Below are positions 53,601 to 62,600 of a stretch of 64,000 nucleotides of DNA, piece by piece. The DNA lies in NCBI GenBank assembly GCA_965202585.1, contig OZ241828.1:23188001-23252000 (forward strand). The letters run 5' to 3'. The translations under genes were made by a program, and so were the position numbers. The stretch comes from Thalia democratica (taxonomy: Eukaryota). Numbering within the stretch: the first letter of the stretch is position 1; each line of letters opens with the position of its first letter. The notes beneath the pieces were generated by a model that ran no database searches, was not told where the DNA came from, and saw only the letters and a list, made by a program, of their open reading frames with translations.

Positions 53601-56600
53601 GAACCTCTGCTTGCTTTAAGAGTTTACATCTCTAATTAATGAGCATACTAAAAATGTTTCTTTAGTTTTATAAGTATTTGTTTATAATTAAGAATTTTTA
53701 AAAGATCTAAGAAAGTTACACACAGTTTTTATGTAAATTTTTAAAGGTTATATATTAAAAAATTAGTATCTAATCTTGTTATTTCCATGTAATTTATAGT
53801 TTTTTTTATTATTTTTAATCGTTTGAATTTTTGATTTTTAGACACGTTTTTATATTATATTCTCAAATTACACATATTTTAAACCAAAATAGGTAATAAA
53901 GCAACGTAAAAAGCAACATATCCTTAACAAATATTTTTTGTGGTGGTATTCAAATTACCTTACTTTAATTAGAGTCTAAAATATCCACTCTATACTTAAA
54001 TAAAATGTAAAAAAAAATAATATTAACTTTAAGCTGAATGTTTTAGTTTTAACTTTAGATTACGTTACGTATTAAAGCTACTTAAATTGACTATCAGTTT
54101 TACAAACATATGCATATGTATTACGACTACTCTACTAATAACGTTTATAAAGCTTTTTTAATGATGAAAAATTAGTTAAAGTTAATCTAAAACTTTTTTA
54201 AGGTATTTTATAGTTGTAAAACATTGACAAAAAAAATAAAGTTTTAATTAAAATTTCAAATATGTTTGTTTAATTTAGTTTATGTAAAACAACCAAGAAT
54301 TCTTTTTATAAAAAAAATTGCTCTGTCCATATTTTAAGGTCATAAACCAAAATTTTGTAAGTAATTTCCTTATTTCCATGTAATTTTGAATTTGTTTTAC
54401 GATTTTCAATCGTTTAATCACATAACTTCGAGGCACGCTTTTGGATTAACATTAGTTTTTTCCGGAACTTTACTTGAAAAAATCCATGCAAAATTGATGT
54501 TCAAGATTATACACGCATCAAACATCAAAAACGAAATTAATTTTAATCTGTATTAATTTAAAGCACTTTACTGTTATCAAAATTGGGTTAAAGGTTATTG
54601 TTAAAAAACTGTTATTGCGCAAGATTTTTTGATAGAGTTTTAAGATATACAATTTAGATAACTTATGAAACCAGAGTTTTTATACACTTATAAGAATTTT
54701 CCAAGTACAGCACAAAATCTGTTTGACCATTTGAGCCACGGGTTTCATAAAAAACTTTCATGGACGCCCCCTTTAAGAACCTTAGTAAATAATAATTAGT
54801 TCATTACCCATTTTTATTTTTGCCGCCTCACTAACTAACGCACCTTGATGGCCAACCCTGACACCCTTAAAAGGCGATATTTTTCACTTTGAAAAACCCT
54901 GGTTAAAGCGTTGTGTATAAATTATATTTTAACCTACCTTTTTTAGATACAAAGTTATTCCATTTGATTCGCACATTATTGTTGCTGTTTTGTTTTCTCC
55001 GAGAGTAATAGCTGTGTTTAAGTAAAACAGTTTTAGTTTTGTAAAGGTAAATTCGTACTACATTTTACTAATGTATTAACTAATTCATATGAAAAGTATA
55101 CTATGTTAGTACAAAAAACTTACTAACTAAACTGATTACATTATTAATAATATTAATTTGTTCTAACTTATTTTAAAATAATAATTTTATTTTTCTAATT
55201 ACAAGTTTTTTTGTACTTTTTGTGATAAGTATATGAAAATTTTTTTTTGACACTAGAAAAAGTTTTAACTTTGTGTAAATAAATGAAAAACATTTATAAA
55301 TTTTTTTAGCACTATTTTATAATATTTATCTAGTATGTTAAAAACTAAAATATTTTTTAAATATAGTAATTCAAACTACCGTCAGGAGCAACTCCATGGT
55401 CAATCGGTTTCGGAGCTGTAAAAGTTTTACGATGATTTATTTTGTTTATATGTATTCTTATAAGTCATTTTAGTACTTTATTAAACTAAAATTCATAGAC
55501 TTTGTGACACAGTTTTGGAATAAAAAACCGTAAAAATAAACAGAACTGTTCGGTATTTTTACAACTAATTAAGCTTCACTCCAAAAGCTCTACACCGTTT
55601 AAGTGTTTTTAGATTTTCTTACTTGGTTTAGTTCTGTAACTAAATCCATTTAATTATTTATCATTTGTTGTTCTCACCTTGCTTAGTGAACACTGACGTC
55701 ACAGTTGGGTTCATGCTCCTCACCCCGTTGCTGTATGACGTCACGGACAACAAATACTCCGCTCCCTCCTCCAAATCACTCAAGCGGAACTCTTCATCGT
55801 TGACCTTTAAAACGATTGAGGGACCGTTATCCTCCGGTTTGCTGTACTCGACCTAATCGTTATTTATATATATAAGTAAACTAAAAGTTCACGATTTTTT
55901 TTATTGTATTTATCTATGTACTTTTATTATTACATATACTATTTTTGTTTGTTGACTTTAAGTACGATGGAGGCACCTTTGTCCTCCGGTTTGAAATATT
56001 CGACCTTAAAATGGGACAAAATAATATTTGTTTGGTCCACCATCTTAATATTAATTTATTAACTTTTCAATTAATCTTAAATAGTTATTTATAATGTTTT
56101 ACTAATACTTTTTGTTATACTTCAGCACTATGGAGGGACCTTGTCCTCAGATTTACTTTTATTCGACTTATAGTTGAATAATTGTATATTAAACTGAAAC
56201 TTGTACTCGAACCGAGATAAGATAATAGTTTTTATAGTTGTTTACATATATTAGTAAATCGAAAGTAATGTTGTTAATATTTAATTTTTATATAGTAACT
56301 AATCATTTTTATTTTATTTCAGTAAATAACACGTTAGTATATATGAAGGGACTGTTATCTTCTGGCTTGCTGTATTCGACCTGGATTATGATACTTTAAT
56401 TTTTATTTTACTTGACCTTAAGTAGAGTAACTAATTTTCTACTTTAACTAACAAATTAATATTACATTTACTTGAACAGAACTAAAAATACTAATTAATT
56501 TATTCGTCATATTTTTTTACTCAGTTTAAATTTGTCGATTTTTAATATGATAAGGGTGGGGGGGCGTTTTATACCACTGTACCCAGCCTAAAAAAGTGCA

Positions 56601-59600
56601 ACTTAACTGTAAAGTTAATAAGGCTGTATGCAACCTAAAGTACAGGCGATTTGTTTCACACTCTTACTTTAACTGTTAGGTCAAGAATAATTAATAACTT
56701 TTACTTGAAAACAATGAAAGTATTTTGCACTGGATTTGTATTTGTCACGTTTTGATAAATTGTTCCTAGTTAGCTTTGAAGATAAGCAACTTAACTTGTT
56801 ATTTTTACAATAAGTATAAGTTGTTTTAAATTACATTCTCTTTGATTTAAAAAAATATTATAACTATCATTAATCTAATATCATTAGTCTATAATCTAAA
56901 ATATCATAATTATTATAAATATCAGGTTATAACGTTTTGAATTTTGCGTATAGAAGATTTACAAAAGGTATAACAAAATCGCTTGAACTGCAATACCGAA
57001 TGACTTTTTACTTAAAAATTCTATATACTATATTTTAATGGAAAAAACCGATACTGTGTGAAATTAACTTTTAATCAGCGATATAAAGTTAAAAGTTTGT
57101 TCTTAGTACTTTTAAAAGCGAATTACTATCATTTAAAGCAACAAAAAAAATACTTAATGATAAAAGTATTTCTCGAAACTCAATGACAAACATTTTTTTA
57201 AAGCAGTTTAATCATAAAAACTTAATCCCTAAAATTTCGTGTTATACAAGCGATTAAGTAATTAGTTTTAGTTCGTGTTAATATAAAAACATGAAAAAAC
57301 AGGTGCTCCGAAATTCCTGAACACTAACATGTGTTTGACATGAAAAATATTTTGTGAGAATTGCGAAATTTGTAATTATGTTCTGTTTAAGTTTAACATA
57401 TTTCATTAATTGACTGAAACTTTACATCAAATTTTTACTTTGAAACGAATGTGTTGCTTAGTTTAGTTACATATGTTTCGTTAATTACTGGAGCTGGGTG
57501 AACTTAAATACTTTAGTAGAGTTCATATTAAAAATATTTCGCAATTGATAGCATACTGCTATTAAACTTGTGTAGTTGACAATTATTTTAATGACAATTA
57601 AGCGTTTCTGTTATATAAACTGATACTACATAGATAACTGTGTAAATGTTCTTTTTTAATAATCTCCATCATACATTATCATACCTTACTTTTAAATCAT
57701 TTGTCATTACCAAGTAATCATTTAAACTTTTAATAACTTGTAGTTTTGATTTTATTTTTCTATAAACTTACAATTTTACTTAAGTTTTAGTAATTTGAAA
57801 ACCAGTTTTTATAATACATCTTTTAAAATACTTTTAAAATATTTTAAACCAAAAACATACTTTGATTTTTTTTTTATCAAAGCATTATTAAAACTATAGT
57901 CTCAAAATAGTTTTCAACGATTTGTAAGTATCATTTAATTTTTAACTTGACTTTTTTTATGTAAAACTATTTAAATATCAAAAATTGGTTAAAAGTTCAA
58001 AATGTCTTTACAAGTATTTAAAAGTTTATTAGTTCATAAACAGTTTTAAAAAAATAACAAAATTCTGAATATTATACTGTTTAAAAAACAATGTGCCTTT
58101 TCTACAACTATTTAGTATATAAAAGGATTTAGGCTGTTTAAGTATAAAAGTAAACAAAACTTTAAATAAAAAATAAAAAAATTTGAAACTTTTATAATAA
58201 CCTAATTTATATAACTGATTCGCTATATGTTTATTAAAAGTAAAATATCAAAATAAAGCATTTAATTATTTTAATAAACTATTTCTTTCACCTGATAAAA
58301 GTCGACTTCTCCCATTGGCTTGTCCCACTTCAAGTCGATAAAATTGGCGCTTTTCAGAACTTCCCTGACACTAGAGGGCGGAAGAGGGGGAGCTGTCCAT
58401 CGGAGCACGGACGCGTTGTTCGATCTGGTGTAGTTAGACACTGACCATACCGCGAACTCGTAAGTAGTTCCTGTGAAAATTCTATGTTTTTAATGACTAA
58501 TTAATTAACAGTTATTCGTATATAATTATATGATTTTTTTTATTATCAATATAAATTTATATATTTTATTTTCTTTTTATTATGCTATTGTTCGATTTGG
58601 TAAAGTTGGATACACCACGTACAGCGAACTACTATAAGGTTCCTGATAAAAAAAAAAGTGTAAAACTCGTTGGCTAATAAAAAGTTACAAAGATTTTAAA
58701 CTAGAAAATCTAACTGTGTGTACATAATAAATTGATTTGATACGATCCGAAGTTAAAACTTATATGCAGTACCTTTGATAAGGTATAACAAACTTTAAAC
58801 TACTTTAAGAGTTAGTCTACTAAGTCTTGAAGTAGTACCTAATAACTAAAAGGAAACAAAGTAAATTATTATATCAACAATGTAGTTGATTTTAAAAATC
58901 AGGTTGTCTTATATAAGTAAAACTGTTATAAAATCTGTTTGCCAGTTGTTTATGCTAAACATGCTGGGTCATAATGGTTTATGAACTAAAATATAATAAG
59001 TTGTGTCGAGCCATTGAGTTGCTAAACCCTGCACTGTTACTAAAACTAAATAAAACAAATACTAAAATGTAAATGAATTAAACTAAATGTAAATAAATAA
59101 CTATGATGTAGTTAGGTAAGCAATATAAAATTTGTAAGTATAGTATTTTTGGTCAAAAACTGTTTTACAAAATCAAATAAGTAAGAATTTTTACTTTGAG
59201 TTTTGTTGGTTGAAGTTATCTAATTAGAACTACGCACCAATGTTGTTTTTAAAAAAAAAACAGCTTAAGTAAATGTTGTTTACGTTTTTAAATTGGATAT
59301 AAATTATAAGCTATACTCTAAAAAAATTCATATGCAAATTAAATACCAGTTTATATAAACTTTTCAACATAAAAAAACACAAAATTTGCTTAATTACACT
59401 TTTTTATACTGTGTGAGTAGTATTAGTTTCGTTTTAAGAAGTAACCACAATAAAATTTATCATTCATGCTTACGATTTGTTTACGACAGTTCTAATTAGT
59501 ACAACCAAAAATTCTAAAAAATAAGGTAGCAGTACAAGTCGGTGGTTTGTAAGGTTTTAAACACTTGTTTTAATTACAGCATTGTCACAATATAAAGAAA

Positions 59601-62600
59601 ATAAAATGCTTTTAAATATTTTTTATTAAACGTTGTTAATCCTCTTACCACCATCAAAAGGTTTTTATTAGTTTATCAAACTTTGGTTTTTCGTTTTAAA
59701 AAAACTCAAGCTTGAATTTTTACAATATTACTTTCTTCAACAAATAAATTTCAGAAATTTATTTTTATTACATCTAATGACAAAATCTTTATTAAACTTA
59801 ATAAAGTTTTATCATAAAATTACTCTTGTTTATCTATTTTTCATTTGTAAATTGCTTAAAATTGAGTTACTTTCGAAAAATCTTAAATTTTATTTCACTT
59901 CTAAAATTTCTAAAGTATCTAGGTCAGAGGTAAAAAATTTTAAACAGTTTTAAATTATGATCTTGGCGAACTTCTGATTATTAAATAAAAAAGGGTTACT
60001 TTTAAAATCATCTCAACACATTAGTTATCACGAAGCCAAAACTAAACATCATAAACTTACATTGAAAAGAGTAAGGCAAATAATTTATAATTTTAATAAG
60101 TTGGTTGTAACTTCTAAGTTAAACATAAAATAGATCTCTGACTTTAGTTACCTTTTTAGATTTGGAAAACGGTGCAATATATAAAAAGTAACTTAAGACT
60201 GTAACATATGCTTAATGCATTTAAAATTGTAATATAACGTCTTGTATACGGAAAAACCTTAGCTTACAAGCTTAATAATACAAATATTTTCTGTAGAAGG
60301 ACTTTGCGTGTTTGAAAATGTATGCTTAACAGTTTACTCTCTTAAAACATTTTAAGTGCACAAAGCTATTTGTCACAAAACACTAAAATAAAAGGAAAGT
60401 AATCAAATACGGATTATTTTAACGCTTTAAAAAAAAATTAAAGCACCAAAACTAAAAAATGTATATTTAAAAACTGGCTAAAGTAATTTGAGAAATTGAA
60501 TTGTTTTTTATATATAAAAATTATCAGAAACGATTTAAAGTTTAAAAAAAGAAAATTTACACAGTATCAAAGTATTTTTTGAATACTTTGCAAATCAATC
60601 ACATTCTATAAAATCACTAAAATCACCAAATTTTCAAAAAGTGTATTTTAAAGTGCTCAAATTGAAATAAAATGTGTAATTTCAAATTTACCAAGATCTT
60701 TTAATGATAAAAGCCGTGTAAATTTCAGATAAGAAATTCAAACATTAAATTAAAACACAAAAAACTTGGAAGTAAGACCGCATACAGGTTATACTGCATT
60801 GTTACTTCTTGTTACTTGGTTACCTCTATGCGCAGTCACACCTTGCTTGTATGATTGAATTTTGTGTTTTTGAAGGTTGGAAACCTATTTTTGTTAATCT
60901 GTTTTTTACTTGTCGCTTTTGTGGAAAGGAGCTTTGATGTCATGTTTTTGAAACTCAGTAAAACGCATAAGTACTACTGATTTACTATAAATACACTTAA
61001 TTAAAACTACTTTCTAATTTCAAATACGTTTTTCAGTCTTGTTTGATTACGATTACAAGAGTTCAAGATGTTACTGTTACTCTATATATCTTTTATACAT
61101 GTTACTAAGTTGAGTATAAAATAAGTTGTACTATAATTTAAATTTATTTATCCCTAAAGTTTCCAAACAATACTATAAAAATCTTTATACATTTTCTTCT
61201 TAATACTTTTCCTGATTACTTTGTTTTTTACTAAAATTTTAAGTTAGTTTACAATAAGTTATGTAAGTTCAGACAAACTTTGGTATAAAACAAGACCATA
61301 AATTTTTGAAAATTTAAGTTGCTTTTAACAAAAATGTCATTTTTAATTTAGCACGAGTTATTAAAAGCTTTCATTGAATATTACCAATAAATTGATTTAC
61401 AAAAGTCAATAGCGCATGCTAGTGTAAGTTTTAGTTTTACTAAGTTTCCATTTGCTTAACTTATGAAGAATATGACTTTACTACCCACTAGAATTTGTAA
61501 AATATTAAAGATTTGTAAGTAAAGTTTTATTTAGATTAAGGGTGGGCGAATTGTTTTGAGTTTAGTTGAAACTTACATTGCTGCAAAATTAAAAATTTTT
61601 AATACTGCTATTTTGAGGTTTTGTATTTATCAAATTGTAATTTTGGTGCTTATTAACAACTGAAGATTTCGTTCGATTAAAATACTGCTTCGACAATAAA
61701 ATCAAAAAATGAATAAAGCTATAAGTTTTAATTCAAATTAAAAAAGAAACCGGTCAAAAGTTTATATTAGTTGCCTTAATTTACAACTTTTAGACCATTT
61801 TGCGAACATAATTGTTCAATTTTTTTAGTATTAAAAAACATATAAATTACAGTTATCTTTTTTAGATAAAAACTTTTTATTAAAACAGTATGTATTTTAA
61901 AACCATATTACCACGTTTATTTGGTAGAAATACCAAAAAGAGTATTTTAGATGTAAATTAAGTTTTTACTACGTATATTTCACACGTTTTAATTAAATCG
62001 AAACCAGCATGAAATCTCATTTTATTAGAAGATTATTTCTGATCAAAGAGTTAAGTTTTCATGCACTTTGAAAAAATTGTTTGTTTTAAAAAACTTTAGA
62101 AAAATAAGTTGTAACATTTTTCCAACTAACTAACTACCTTAAACATTATTTTGAAACATTTTTTGCAGCATAAACCAAACACTTTATATTGCATTAAAAT
62201 TTATCTAAAGCGTTTATTCTCTTCTTAAAGTGTTTAATTATAATGTTTCTGCAATACTTTTAAAAACTAGTTTCAATAGCATCTTCCGTACAGACCAATG
62301 CAATTTTTTTTTTTGCCTACTTAATTGTTATAAATATGGTAAACACGCATTAACTAACCGCGGTAATTTAAAATATGTGGATATTAATCTTATATAATTA
62401 CACTAAAACTAAATTTTGTTTTGTATAAAGAGTAGGAGTTATATTTTCTTTTATATTTGCTTTTGCTTTGCGTTAAAATATGTTTTTTTAAAAAGCTTGT
62501 GATGTTTTAGATAAAACAAACAAAATTAAAGAAAAATCATATTGTCTTGTTGTCATTTTTGAGAATTTTCTAGTCTTATATATCTTAAATATTTTCATTA

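Noticed and set aside
55612-55645. 11-17 nt microexon candidate directly after the FN3 exon
   Set aside because: Would require a 38-44 nt intron and adds no ZP motif.
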